In this document: positions 16,287 to 25,458 of the stretch, piece after piece
How the letters are laid out: every line of letters starts with the position of its first letter
How positions within the stretch are numbered: position 1 is the first letter of the stretch
Virus record (IMG/VR): IMGVR_UViG_3300017938_000011
Location: 1 to 55,726 of that record
Source of the DNA: a virus
Lineage: Duplodnaviria > Caudoviricetes
Length of the DNA: 55,726 nt
Direction: 5' to 3' (one strand)
Program-made: the position numbers and the translations under genes
Notes under the pieces: generated by a model
The model's input: the letters and a program-made list of their open reading frames with translations, nothing else
What the model was told of the DNA's origin: nothing
Databases searched by the model: none

Positions 16287-16678
16287 GCCGATGGCGTGGC
16301 GGCCCCGGGCTGGCGCAGGTTGCTTGGCCGCAAGTCCTCTTCCGCAGTATTGCCTTCGACCTCAGTCCCGGCGACCAGGGACAGCCGCGGGGCGGAATTG
16401 GCACGGTCGATCAGGCCGAGGACATCCCGGTAGTAGTCCTGGGCGTCGTAGAAGTCGGCGAGCTTGTCCGGCTCCATGCGATCCTCGGCCAATACGGCCC
16501 GGAACGCCTTGCGGTGAAGGTGCTTGTTCTCGACGGCGTTCGCGATGGCCTCGCCGAGGCGGCCGGCCATCTCGCTGACGTCGTTCTTCGTTGACCGCGT
16601 CAGTTTCACCAAGTCTTTCAATGCATTGACGCCGATCTGCTTCGCCTTCTCCGTCCCGGTCTCTGACTTCTTCGCCAT
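16283..16678 (-). CDS. GapR/DUF2312-like DNA-binding protein
   Basis: Helical profile, KAFRAVL...DYYRDVLGL; GGAGG RBS. Confidence 0.5.
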   Translation of the reverse strand: MAKKSETGTEKAKQIGVNALKDLVKLTRSTKNDVSEMAGRLGEAIANAVENKHLHRKAFRAVLAEDRMEPDKLADFYDAQDYYRDVLGLIDRANSAPRLSLVAGTEVEGNTAEEDLRPSNLRQPGAATPSA

Positions 16679-16697
16679 TTTCCGTCCTCCGTTGGGG

Positions 16698-16883
16698 TCA
16701 ATGAATCTGCCGGTGGGCAGCCTCGTCGTCCACGCGAATGTCTCGCAACATCGACGCGACGATCGCCGCCGCCCTTTCGTCGCAGCCGCCCGCCAGCGCC
16801 GCCAGCCATGCCAGCGTCGCCCGGTCCAAGGGGAGGGCCAGGGGAACGACTTCGACCTCGTGCTCTTCGGCGTGCGAACTCAT
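16698..16883 (-). CDS. Hypothetical small protein
   Basis: ORF in the early operon. Confidence 0.55.
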   Translation of the reverse strand: MSSHAEEHEVEVVPLALPLDRATLAWLAALAGGCDERAAAIVASMLRDIRVDDEAAHRQIH

Positions 16884-16946
16884 GGGCGCGCTAGATACAC
16901 GATTCGGGAATCCCAAACCGGGAAAAATTAAAAATCGGGGAAAACT

Positions 16947-17225
16947 TTACCCGCGCTCGTGAGGGCCCCGGATGATGACGGCGGGGCCTAAAGGCCAGTC
17001 GCCGTCCTTGGGCCAATCAGCGCGGATTTTCGTAAGGAGTTCATCGTATTTAGAGGCCGTGATCGACGACTTCCCGGACAGATAGGTCTGGAGCGCCGAG
17101 GGGTGGCCGTAGAACTTACTGCTGATGGTCGCTATCGCTAGGCCGGTAGCCTTCCGGTACGCGGCGACGATCATCGCCATGTTTTCCCGGAGGAGGCGAT
17201 CAACATATCCTTTCCTTTTAGCCAT
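16947..17225 (-). CDS. Cro-like HTH regulator
   Basis: First gene of the leftward operon; TGLAIATISSK...WPKDGDWP. Confidence 0.6.
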   Translation of the reverse strand: MAKRKGYVDRLLRENMAMIVAAYRKATGLAIATISSKFYGHPSALQTYLSGKSSITASKYDELLTKIRADWPKDGDWPLGPAVIIRGPHERG

Positions 17226-17271
17226 GCGGCAAGGAATTACCACGCAATTAGGCCGTGACGCAAGATGCCTA

Positions 17272-17300
17272 TAGACTTAGGTAAATGATTAGGCTATTCT
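17272..17300 (+). promoter_or_regulatory. Rightward early promoter
   Basis: TAGACT-17nt-TATTCT in the divergent intergenic region. Confidence 0.5.
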
Positions 17301-17339
17301 CCGACTCGCGACGCATCCGAAACGCTGCGGACGAGGACC

Positions 17340-17444
17340 ATGAACGCCCAAATCCACATCAACGTCGGCAACGTCTTGATCGCCGCCTTTCTCGCGGTGA
17401 CGGTCATCGCGAATCTTTTTGAGATCGCGCGCGTGGTGCTATAG
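17340..17444 (+). CDS. 34-aa hydrophobic peptide
   Basis: GAGG RBS; MNAQIHINVGNVLIAAFLAVTVIANLF... Confidence 0.45.
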   Translation: MNAQIHINVGNVLIAAFLAVTVIANLFEIARVVL

Positions 17445-17461
17445 CCGTAAAAGAGGGTCTG

Positions 17462-17746
17462 ATGCGAAAGCATGACTGGGCCGACGAACTGGCGCAACAG
17501 ATCGCACGCGACTTCGATGTACCAGGTCAGCCGAGAGAACGACTTGACCTCGTCGCAGCGCGGCTCCGCGTCGTCCGCCAGGAAGGCATCGGGATCGGAA
17601 TCGATCAAGCAAAGATAGAGGCACTCAAGGCAATTTCGAGGGACTTCATTGGTTTCCTGGCTACCGATTCATCCAGGAGACGAGAAAAAGACGAGACGCT
17701 GCTGTTGCCGTTGAAAGAAAGCGATTTTGAAGGAGAAACTAAGTGA
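17462..17746 (+). CDS. Hypothetical protein
   Basis: GAGGG RBS; overlaps the next start. Confidence 0.65.
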   Translation: MRKHDWADELAQQIARDFDVPGQPRERLDLVAARLRVVRQEGIGIGIDQAKIEALKAISRDFIGFLATDSSRRREKDETLLLPLKESDFEGETK

Positions 17747-18699
17747 CCAAGCCGAGTTTGAAAACGATTGCTTGGGAAGGCGTGCCAATCAACAAACCGG
17801 GCATGTACGGCGGCATGGACATTGATATTTATCACGCCTCTGGCGTTTGTGAGGGTCCTTCGATTTCATCAAGCGGGCTGCGTCAAATCTTTAACGAATC
17901 GCCGGCGCACTTCTTCGCGCAGTGGCGCGGCAATCCCAAGCGAGTCGACAAGCCGGAGAGCCGCCATTTCATCATCGGCCGAGCGGCGCATCACTTGCAT
18001 TTAGGACAACAGAACTTCTCTTCCATGTTCGCGGTTCAGCCGACTGAATACGAGGATGAGAAGACCGGCGAAGTAAAGCCGTGGAACAACAATGCTAATG
18101 CCTGCAAACGATGGCATGCTGCGCGGAAAGAAGAAGGCAAGACAGTTCTCAACGCCAAGGAAGCCGAGCAGATCATCGGCATGGCCGAAGAGCTCGGCCG
18201 GCATCCAATCGTGGCGCACGGCGCGCTGAACGGCCTGGTCGAGCGGTCGATGTTCTGGAAGGACGAAAAAACCGGAATCTGGCTCAAAAGCCGTCCCGAT
18301 GCGATCCCCGGCGACAGCGGCGATTTCGTCGACTACAAAACCACGACCAGCGTCGAATGGACCGCCTTGGTCCGGTCGATCTACGATTTCGGCTACAATC
18401 AGCAAGGCGCCTTGGTGCGGCAGGCCGCGCGCGCGGTTCTGAAAATTCCAAACCCATCTTTCTCTTTGGTGTTTCAAGAAAAAGAGCCGCCCCATTGCGT
18501 TCGTGTCGTCACGCTGAAAGACAACGATCTGGAGCTCGGCGACAAGCAGAACCGCGCCGCGCTTGATCTCTTCGCGAAGTGTCTGAAAGAAAATCATTGG
18601 CCCGGCCCTGGCGGCGACCAGCGCGACGCTGACCCGATCGAAATGAGCGAGGCGGCGCACAAGTGGGTCGATGATCGACTTGCTCTCATGGGGGTCTGA
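17743..18699 (+). CDS. RecE/exonuclease VIII-like (DUF3799) PD-(D/E)XK nuclease
   Basis: ISSSGLR, SPAHF, GRAAH, KSRPD, DYKT, YNQQGA. Confidence 0.9.
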   Translation: MTKPSLKTIAWEGVPINKPGMYGGMDIDIYHASGVCEGPSISSSGLRQIFNESPAHFFAQWRGNPKRVDKPESRHFIIGRAAHHLHLGQQNFSSMFAVQPTEYEDEKTGEVKPWNNNANACKRWHAARKEEGKTVLNAKEAEQIIGMAEELGRHPIVAHGALNGLVERSMFWKDEKTGIWLKSRPDAIPGDSGDFVDYKTTTSVEWTALVRSIYDFGYNQQGALVRQAARAVLKIPNPSFSLVFQEKEPPHCVRVVTLKDNDLELGDKQNRAALDLFAKCLKENHWPGPGGDQRDADPIEMSEAAHKWVDDRLALMGV

Positions 18700-18701
18700 C
18701 G

Positions 18702-19832
18702 ATGAACGATGTTATCGACAACGAAGCGGTAGACAACGCGCCATCAAGCGCGAAAGACGCCATCCGGCAATCCCGCGAACTAGTTTCCGTCACGTCGACG
18801 GGCGTGCAGATCCACGACCTCGCTCAACAGGTCGATTACGCGCAGACGATGGCGAAGGCGAAGGCGGCCATCCCTAAATTCCTGCAGGAGAACGTCGGCG
18901 ACTGTTTGGCGATCATCGACATTTCCTCCCGCGCCGGGCTGTCGCCGTACATGGTCGCTCAACATTGCTACGTTCAGAACAATCGGCTTTGTTTCGAGAG
19001 CCAACTGTTTCACGCTTTCCTGCAGGCGTCGCATTTGCTGAAAGGCGATCTCGAAGTCGAGTACGAAGGCGAAGGCGGCGAGATGGTTTGCGTCGTCACT
19101 GGCCATCTGCGCGCCGACCCGACGAAGGCGCGCGTTCATCGATCGCCTCCACTGAAAGAGCGGCATCCCGGCTTCGTCCTCAAAAAGGCATACGACGACG
19201 GCAGCACGGCGAAAAAATATCTGTCCTACTTGGACGGCGAAAAGCTGCGCCAGGAAGGCAAGATCGAGGAAGGCATGAAATTGTTCTCTCAGGGTTCGCC
19301 GCTCTGGGTGACGAAACCGCTGGTTCAGTTCTTCTATGATACATCGCGGGACTGGACCCGCATGTTCGCTCCGCGTGCCACGCTCGGCATCTACACGCCG
19401 GACGAGATCGCCGAGTTCAGCCCCGAGATGGCGCGCGACGTGACGCCCGTTGGATCTGGCCTATCTGAACGGCTCCGTTCCAATGCGGTCGATAAGACCG
19501 AAGGCCACAAGGACGGTCAAGCCGCGACCGAAATGGGCAAGGCGAAAAACGGCGAGGCGGCGGCGCCGAAGACGCGCGCAAAGAACAAGAAATCCGCAGA
19601 AAAGCAGACCGAAGCGGCGGCACCGAAGAAAGAAGACATCAAAACCGCCGCGCAGTGGAAGCAATACTGTCTCGCCTGGATCAAGGCCGAATCGAGTTTT
19701 GAGGCAATCCGTCAGAGATGGAACGATGAAAGGCAGCTTCGCAACAACTGCGGTGTGACCTCCGATGAGCGCGATCCCGTTCAGACACAGATGGTCGAGC
19801 GATGCAAAGAATTAGGAGAACCGGCAGCATGA
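18702..19832 (+). CDS. RecT-like single-strand annealing protein
   Basis: Adjacent to RecE; IPKFLQENVGDCLAI, SPLW, LGIYTPDE. Confidence 0.75.
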   Translation: MNDVIDNEAVDNAPSSAKDAIRQSRELVSVTSTGVQIHDLAQQVDYAQTMAKAKAAIPKFLQENVGDCLAIIDISSRAGLSPYMVAQHCYVQNNRLCFESQLFHAFLQASHLLKGDLEVEYEGEGGEMVCVVTGHLRADPTKARVHRSPPLKERHPGFVLKKAYDDGSTAKKYLSYLDGEKLRQEGKIEEGMKLFSQGSPLWVTKPLVQFFYDTSRDWTRMFAPRATLGIYTPDEIAEFSPEMARDVTPVGSGLSERLRSNAVDKTEGHKDGQAATEMGKAKNGEAAAPKTRAKNKKSAEKQTEAAAPKKEDIKTAAQWKQYCLAWIKAESSFEAIRQRWNDERQLRNNCGVTSDERDPVQTQMVERCKELGEPAA

Positions 19833-20005
19833 GGCGCTTCGCCTTCTTCTGCGCTTCTATCGCCTGCTTCTGCGCGATCATCAGGATCGCGGGCTTCGAT
19901 TCGGATGGTTCGATCGGCTCGATCACCATCACCGCCTCAGAAGTCGTTGGCACGTCGTTCGCTGGTTGGCTCGGAATCGAATGTTTAGGGAAGGCAATGC
20001 GATGA
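19829..20005 (+). CDS. Small hydrophobic protein
   Basis: ATGA overlaps on both sides. Confidence 0.45.
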   Translation: MRRFAFFCASIACFCAIIRIAGFDSDGSIGSITITASEVVGTSFAGWLGIECLGKAMR

Positions 20006-20331
20006 GCCGCATCGCAGAATCCGCCTATGGCGACCGTCCGCTGGCTTATCCTACCGAAAGAGCATGGAAAGAGTCGGGAACGTCGAAAGACGCAGCCAAG
20101 GCTATTGTCGGTGATGCCTCGATCCTTCGGGAAAGAGCCTATGCCGCCCTTGCGGCGGCCGGTAGTGCGGGCCTAACGGCAGACCAGGTTGCCCTAGCCC
20201 TCGGGCGCGATCGCCTTTCAGTGAGGCCCAGAATTACCGAGCTTGCCAAAATAGGTCGCGTAATCCGAACGGGAGAACGGCGCCAGAACGAATCCGGTCT
20301 TTCTGCCGCCGCGTGGAGGATCGTTCCATGA
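20002..20331 (+). CDS. Winged-helix-like hypothetical protein
   Basis: GLTADQVALALG...VRPRITEL...TGERR. Confidence 0.7.
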   Translation: MSRIAESAYGDRPLAYPTERAWKESGTSKDAAKAIVGDASILRERAYAALAAAGSAGLTADQVALALGRDRLSVRPRITELAKIGRVIRTGERRQNESGLSAAAWRIVP

Positions 20332-20684
20332 GCGATCGCATCTTCACCACCGAAGAGAAGCTGGCCGAAGTAGAGCAACTCGTGGAAAACTTTAGATGGT
20401 CCCGTCGTTACCCAGAAGATCCTGAATATCAGACCTACCTGGTTCTGAAAGCTATCGCCGAAGATCTCCGCGCTCCGCTGCCGGCGACTCAGAACAAGGC
20501 ACTCGAAGTCGTTGGCTTCGTCGTCAACGCGGCGATGCGGTCCAAGGCGCAGCTCGGCTATCTCGAGGTCGGTCACCAGCAAGCAATCGCGGATCGTGTG
20601 ATGAAATACTGGGGAACGATCAGAAGCGCGCTCGAGCAATGCGGTGGCAAGGAGAAGGTTTCAGCAGGGGAGTACCAACGATGA
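20328..20684 (+). CDS. Hypothetical protein
   Basis: GGAGG RBS, ATGA overlap. Confidence 0.7.
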   Translation: MSDRIFTTEEKLAEVEQLVENFRWSRRYPEDPEYQTYLVLKAIAEDLRAPLPATQNKALEVVGFVVNAAMRSKAQLGYLEVGHQQAIADRVMKYWGTIRSALEQCGGKEKVSAGEYQR

Positions 20685-21064
20685 CGCCTGACGTGGAAGT
20701 GTTCAACGGTCTATTGGATCGGATCGAGGCGCTGGCGAACAAGGCCGGGCGCTTGGAGGGCGAGCGCGAGCAGTTCCGCCTCGCCATCGAGGACGCGAAG
20801 CGCGAGATCGTCGCGCTCCAAAGCGAGAAAAAGTCGCTCGCACTCATGAACGCTGAGTATGTTCAGAACCGCGACCGAGCAATCACAGCATGCGAGCGAG
20901 CGGAGAAGATTGAACGCGAGGCGATCAACATCATACGCGATCTCTCGGCCGCCGCGCGCGCTTATTGCAATAATCGCGGTCGACGAAGAGCGAGGGCATT
21001 TGCGAGTCTTCAATCCGCGATCCTTGTCGCAGACGCGAAAGTCGAGGCTTTTAGGCCGTTCTGA
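20681..21064 (+). CDS. Coiled-coil hypothetical protein
   Basis: GGAG RBS, heptad-like sequence. Confidence 0.7.
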   Translation: MTPDVEVFNGLLDRIEALANKAGRLEGEREQFRLAIEDAKREIVALQSEKKSLALMNAEYVQNRDRAITACERAEKIEREAINIIRDLSAAARAYCNNRGRRRARAFASLQSAILVADAKVEAFRPF

Positions 21065-21507
21065 TGCGTCTATACAGACCATATGTTCCGATTGCCGTTC
21101 GCATCAAGGTCGCGGAGCGGCAGTTGCTAACATGGAAAACTCACGATCAAGTGTTTGTTGCCTCACTGCAAAAGCTATCGCCGTCGCGCTATCTTGAAGC
21201 ATTGCTCGCGTATATGTTTTATTCCTTCGTTTTTCATCTTGATCACGATCCGGCGCTAGAGAACCGACCGTTCAACAAGCGGACCAAGAAATACACTCCC
21301 GACGCGAACGATCCGGAGTTCCTGATCTATCGTACGAAGGAAGATCATCGAATCAAGACATTAGTGCGAGGAGATGGCGCGCAACTCTCCGACGCGGCGA
21401 TTGCCAGGAAGCGGAAACGCAAAGAACGAAAGATGCGACGACCGAAGACGCGATGGCCTTCTCGACCGCTGCGCTCGCGTAGTTTTGTGAAGGTCGCACC
21501 AATTTGA
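21064..21507 (+). CDS. HNH-like hypothetical protein
   Basis: LDHDPAL...ANDP...HRIKT; basic tail. Confidence 0.6.
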   Translation: MRLYRPYVPIAVRIKVAERQLLTWKTHDQVFVASLQKLSPSRYLEALLAYMFYSFVFHLDHDPALENRPFNKRTKKYTPDANDPEFLIYRTKEDHRIKTLVRGDGAQLSDAAIARKRKRKERKMRRPKTRWPSRPLRSRSFVKVAPI

Positions 21508-21519
21508 AGAAAGAAAACG

Positions 21520-21879
21520 ATGATGAGCAACGATAAACCTTTGTCACTGGTTAAAGTCGAAACGAGCGATGATCCCGATGTCGCGCGTGTCCTGGAAAAC
21601 ATCTCCGGCATCCGCCACGAACGCGACGTCCTGAAGCTCGATCTGGAAAAATCGATGCGTGATCTCGCGGTCGCTGACGGTAAGATCGCCTATCTGCAAA
21701 GACGCCTCGATGAAATGCAACGCCAGCGCGATCACTTCATGGGTAAGTTGATTGAAGTGATGACTAACTTCCAGACCATCAAGGGTGCCGTCGAAGCGAT
21801 CGAAAGGGCCGCCAACTCATCGGTCCAAGTCGGCAAGATAGCCGCCGACGCGGCGCGGGATCTGAAACGGTCTTCGTGA
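21520..21879 (+). CDS. Coiled-coil hypothetical protein
   Basis: Last gene of the rightward operon. Confidence 0.7.
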   Translation: MMSNDKPLSLVKVETSDDPDVARVLENISGIRHERDVLKLDLEKSMRDLAVADGKIAYLQRRLDEMQRQRDHFMGKLIEVMTNFQTIKGAVEAIERAANSSVQVGKIAADAARDLKRSS

Positions 21880-21905
21880 AAAAAGGCCCGGCAGCGGGCC
21901 GGGCC
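21879..21905 (-). terminator. Intrinsic terminator at the early/late convergence
   Basis: GGCCCGGC/GCCGGGCC stem with a T6 tail on the minus strand. Confidence 0.65.
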
Positions 21906-21978
21906 GAGTCGGGAGGAAACGCCTCCAAGGAGCTGACGGCAGCGATGAATATAGCACGATTCGATTTCTGATGCGATT

Positions 21979-22329
21979 TCAGAATGAGCGTCGTCGTATG
22001 TCGCGCCTGCTATTGTTGTCTTCGGCACGCATGAAAAAGTCCTGCGTCATGTAGCCGAGCGCCCGTAATAGCGGAAAGACGATGATTCCGAACAACAGTA
22101 AGAGTTGCCAGCCACATTCTTTCCAGTCCGCAGAATAATCGTCATTCAATCGACCGATGCCGAGAGCGAACAGTGCCAATGCCATGAGTGCGTAGATCGC
22201 GCGGCGGAAAAGCACCCATCGAGTTTGGCTCGTTAAAAAACCGGCCCTTGACGTGATCTTTTGCATCGCTGCGAGCATCACGATGCCGCAGATTGTGTCC
22301 GAGATGCCGAGCACGTAATCGGGGGTCAT
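21979..22329 (-). CDS. Three-TM membrane protein (holin/antiholin candidate)
   Basis: Three hydrophobic helices, basic C-terminus, lysis region. Confidence 0.6.
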   Translation of the reverse strand: MTPDYVLGISDTICGIVMLAAMQKITSRAGFLTSQTRWVLFRRAIYALMALALFALGIGRLNDDYSADWKECGWQLLLLFGIIVFPLLRALGYMTQDFFMRAEDNNSRRDIRRRSF

Positions 22330-22634
22330 GAATGTGGCTCCTTTGGCCCCGGTCCGTTGTGGGCGCTGAGGTATTTTCGCACTAGGACTTCAATTCCCTG
22401 CATGATCAAAATCGCAAAATATCCGACGATGAATGCGGCACCGTAATCCCCGACCCAGGACGGCACGACGTGTTGCGCGGCCGGACCGAGAAAATTCGCC
22501 ACCAAGATGCCAACGATGATCGAACCAGCGACCACGCCAGTACTGAAATCTCTTACCGTAAAGACATGAGCAATACCGCCGGCGAAGCCGCCGATCAATC
22601 TGGCCGCGTTCAGTCCTAAATCTTCCAAAGTCAT
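22326..22634 (-). CDS. Putative holin
   Basis: 102 aa, LIGGFAGG and three TM segments. Confidence 0.65.
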   Translation of the reverse strand: MTLEDLGLNAARLIGGFAGGIAHVFTVRDFSTGVVAGSIIVGILVANFLGPAAQHVVPSWVGDYGAAFIVGYFAILIMQGIEVLVRKYLSAHNGPGPKEPHS

Positions 22635-23323
22635 CCCCCGCTCCCGGCCGCTTGAACTGCATGCACTGTGCTGACGTAGTTTTTGATGTAGTGATCCTGG
22701 ATTTTGACGTGCAGGTTGTCGAGCCAGTTGTCGTCGAGCGTCGCGTCGGGACCGACGTGGTCGAGCGGGACCTGTTCATAGGGCCATAGCGGCTCCCAGT
22801 GGAACGGGACGCGGGGCACCGGATCGTCGCCATACCACGGCGCGCAGAGTGGGATAGACGTCAGCACCCTCACGAACTGGGCGCCGCCGACCCGCGGCAA
22901 CGCGAACGCGCCGATCTTCATCGGCGCCAAGCCGTCGTTGACTTTAAGGCGGGCGCCCAGCAGCGCGCCGACGGCGGCGCCAAGACTGTGGGCGCCGATC
23001 GCGAACGGCTTCCCCCGCCTCTCCAGTTCTGCGAGGATGCGGCCATAGATCCTGTCGACGATGAGGTTGAAGCCGGCGTGAACGAAGCCGAGGCTCGGAT
23101 GGTCGATGCCGCCGTGATCCTTGATGCTCAGCGCGCAGAAGTCGAGCGCCCAATCAATAGCGTCGTGAGATCCTTGCGGGGATACGATGATGAAGCCGTC
23201 ATCGCGCGTCGTTAGGAATACCCGGATGGCCGAATCGACATCATCAATGAAGGGCACCGCATCTGGATCATTAGTCCGTGCGGCAGCATCGACCAGATCG
23301 GCATCTGAAGGCGGCGCGATCAT
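22631..23323 (-). CDS. Lipase class 3-like alpha/beta hydrolase
   Basis: VHAGF, AHSLGAA nucleophile elbow, PRVG, DPVPRVP, DHYIKNY; ATG at 23323. Confidence 0.85.
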   Translation of the reverse strand: MIAPPSDADLVDAAARTNDPDAVPFIDDVDSAIRVFLTTRDDGFIIVSPQGSHDAIDWALDFCALSIKDHGGIDHPSLGFVHAGFNLIVDRIYGRILAELERRGKPFAIGAHSLGAAVGALLGARLKVNDGLAPMKIGAFALPRVGGAQFVRVLTSIPLCAPWYGDDPVPRVPFHWEPLWPYEQVPLDHVGPDATLDDNWLDNLHVKIQDHYIKNYVSTVHAVQAAGSGG

Positions 23324-23544
23324 GTCGGCTTCCCGAACACCCTCTCGGCCTCGGTGAGCTGGCGCTCCCGGAGCTCCTTGACCTGATTCAGGGCAACGTC
23401 GAAGCCCTTCATGAGCTCGTCGACCGAGTTGACCTTGCCGGAAAGCTTGAACCACTCCGACATCGCGGCGTTCTTCACATTCTCGTCGAAGGCGTCCTCG
23501 ATCGTCGATCGGACACGGTTCGCGAGCGAAACATCATCAGCCAT
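23320..23544 (-). CDS. Hypothetical protein
   Basis: GAGG RBS, coupled to the lipase. Confidence 0.6.
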   Translation of the reverse strand: MADDVSLANRVRSTIEDAFDENVKNAAMSEWFKLSGKVNSVDELMKGFDVALNQVKELRERQLTEAERVFGKPT

Positions 23545-23586
23545 GTCAGGCCGCCTCTGATGATTTTTGGGGATGAGCCACTAGAA

Positions 23587-24135
23587 TCAACTCCCAGCCT
23601 TGGCCGTTGGTGATGCCGCAATTATCGCAGCGCCCGCAGTACTTTGAGGTATGAAATCTACGATTCTCTTGGCAACGCTCTCCGGCGTTAGCCCGAAGCG
23701 CGCCGCAGCGTCGGGGGCGGCGGCGAGCGCGGCATTTGCAGCCTCAGCAAGAGCCTCATTATCGACGGTGATCGTCTTGCCCTGTAGTGCCACCTTGCCA
23801 TCGGCGATGAGTGATGCCGCTTGCCGCTGCGCTGCCGCCGTGATTGAGGCGCGGTGCTCGGCATCAATGTTTATGTTGAGTTTGGTCCGCAGCAGCCAGA
23901 ACAGCCAAGTTAGCCCGGCCATAATCAGCGAGTTGACGGCGGCGTTGATATAGGGCTCGGCAATCTCGCCGAAGGCTTGGCCGACGTTGATGACGCCGCC
24001 CTGCTTCTGAGGCACGACGATCATCGGCGAACCTCCGACGGCCGTGGCGAGAAAGGTTGCGTATGTCGGAACTTGAGCATGAGCTGAGACGATGAGCATC
24101 GCGATCAGCGCGGCTGCGGCGAACAATCGCTTCAT
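23587..24135 (-). CDS. Secreted/membrane protein
   Basis: Signal peptide (SAHA|Q) plus an internal TM segment. Confidence 0.7.
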   Translation of the reverse strand: MKRLFAAAALIAMLIVSAHAQVPTYATFLATAVGGSPMIVVPQKQGGVINVGQAFGEIAEPYINAAVNSLIMAGLTWLFWLLRTKLNINIDAEHRASITAAAQRQAASLIADGKVALQGKTITVDNEALAEAANAALAAAPDAAARFGLTPESVAKRIVDFIPQSTAGAAIIAASPTAKAGS

Positions 24136-24156
24136 GGGAAAGTCTCCCCAGAAATG

Positions 24157-24187
24157 AAAAAGACCGCCTCCGAATCCAGAGGCGGTC
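24157..24187 (-). terminator. Intrinsic terminator after the OMP gene
   Basis: GACCGCCTC/GAGGCGGTC stem plus T5. Confidence 0.7.
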
Positions 24188-24225
24188 CCGATATATCACG
24201 GATGCGCGATCAACACATCTGGCGT

Positions 24226-25029
24226 TTATAGGCCGAATAATACGTGCAGCCCGAGCCAATACTGCGTGCCGAGCGAGACGCTGGCGCCGGTCGTCAGCGG
24301 CGCTCCGTTCGCGGCAAACACGTTGTTCAACGTCAGCCCGTTGACCGGGAAAGCGACGCCAGCAAAAGCCTCGATCGCTCCGCCGTTCGGTTTGCCGTTA
24401 CTGCCCAAGGTCGGCCAGACGAAGCCGGACGTGAGCATCGGCTCGACCAACCATTGCGATCCAGACGCGGCACCAATAGTGCCGCTGAGGCCGACCTCCT
24501 TGACGCCCACACCGACATATTGCTGCGGAGCGCCGACCGTAATGTTGCTAGGCAGCGTCGGAGTGAAGGTGGGGAAGTTGATGTTGGCGTTGACCACCGA
24601 CAACACCGGCGTCAGCAGGGTCTGGAACACGTTCAGCCCGATGTCGGCTTCCTGGGACGCCGACCAACGCGCGGCGAGGCTGGCACCGCCGCCGAGCGGC
24701 GTGCCGGCGGTGACGTTCTCGTAGCTCCCCGTGGCCTGAAAGCGCGCCCAGAAGCCCTGGCGTGCCCAGATGTAGCCCCAGACGGCGTCGACGGTGGCGC
24801 CGTCAGCGGTCAAGTTGCCGTTGACCAAGCTGGTCGCGAACACGTTGTTGCCGGAGACGCTGGATTGAGCGACCGAGGCGCTGGAACCAACGCCGACATA
24901 CCAGCCGGAACCGTTCTGGATGAGGAACGGGTTTTGAGACGCCGCTTTCGTCGGCAATAGGTCACCGGCAAATGCTGCCGTTGACGCGAGAATGGCCGCA
25001 GCGATCGCGGCCAGAAGCAATCTGCGCAT
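24226..25029 (-). CDS. Outer-membrane beta-barrel-like protein
   Basis: Signal peptide, AGDLLPTKA N-terminus typical of rhizobial OMPs, GWYVG, C-terminal YWLGLHVLF. Confidence 0.65.
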   Translation of the reverse strand: MRRLLLAAIAAAILASTAAFAGDLLPTKAASQNPFLIQNGSGWYVGVGSSASVAQSSVSGNNVFATSLVNGNLTADGATVDAVWGYIWARQGFWARFQATGSYENVTAGTPLGGGASLAARWSASQEADIGLNVFQTLLTPVLSVVNANINFPTFTPTLPSNITVGAPQQYVGVGVKEVGLSGTIGAASGSQWLVEPMLTSGFVWPTLGSNGKPNGGAIEAFAGVAFPVNGLTLNNVFAANGAPLTTGASVSLGTQYWLGLHVLFGL

Positions 25030-25110
25030 TTGGGTCTCCCCTGTTGATGGAATTTACAGTGGCAGCTTATCAGCGATAACTGTGACTTTTACGCCACATT
25101 CGAGAAATCT

Positions 25111-25458
25111 TTATCGTCCGATCACGTCGAGGCGGACCGACGCCAATCCGGAGAAGCCAAGAGCGCGCGCCGCGGCCGGCGAGAGATCGATAACTCTTCC
25201 GCGCCGGAACGGCCCCCTATCCGCGATACGGACGATCGTGGTGCGCCCGTTCCGGAGATTGGTCACTTTCACCCTCTCGCCAAAACGAAGCGACCTGTGA
25301 GCTGCGGAGAGGCTTTGGCAGTCCAGCGGGCGACCACTAGCCGTTCGGTGGCCACAGAGTGCCGCGCTGTAAATCGAGGCGATACCGGTCTGCTGGGCGG
25401 CCGCGGGGCCGCAGACCAGCAGGATCGCGGTCAGAGCCGCGCGAACAGGCGCTGCCAA
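25111..25458 (-). CDS. RlpA-like (DPBB) lytic transglycosylase
   Basis: GIASIY, TASG, SAAHRSLRFG, IADRGPF, IDLS; probable TTG start. Confidence 0.85.
   Translation of the reverse strand: MAAPVRAALTAILLVCGPAAAQQTGIASIYSAALCGHRTASGRPLDCQSLSAAHRSLRFGERVKVTNLRNGRTTIVRIADRGPFRRGRVIDLSPAAARALGFSGLASVRLDVIGR

Noticed and set aside
16905-16946. CGGGAAAA-like direct repeats as operators
   Set aside because: Only two short copies; no regulator can be assigned.
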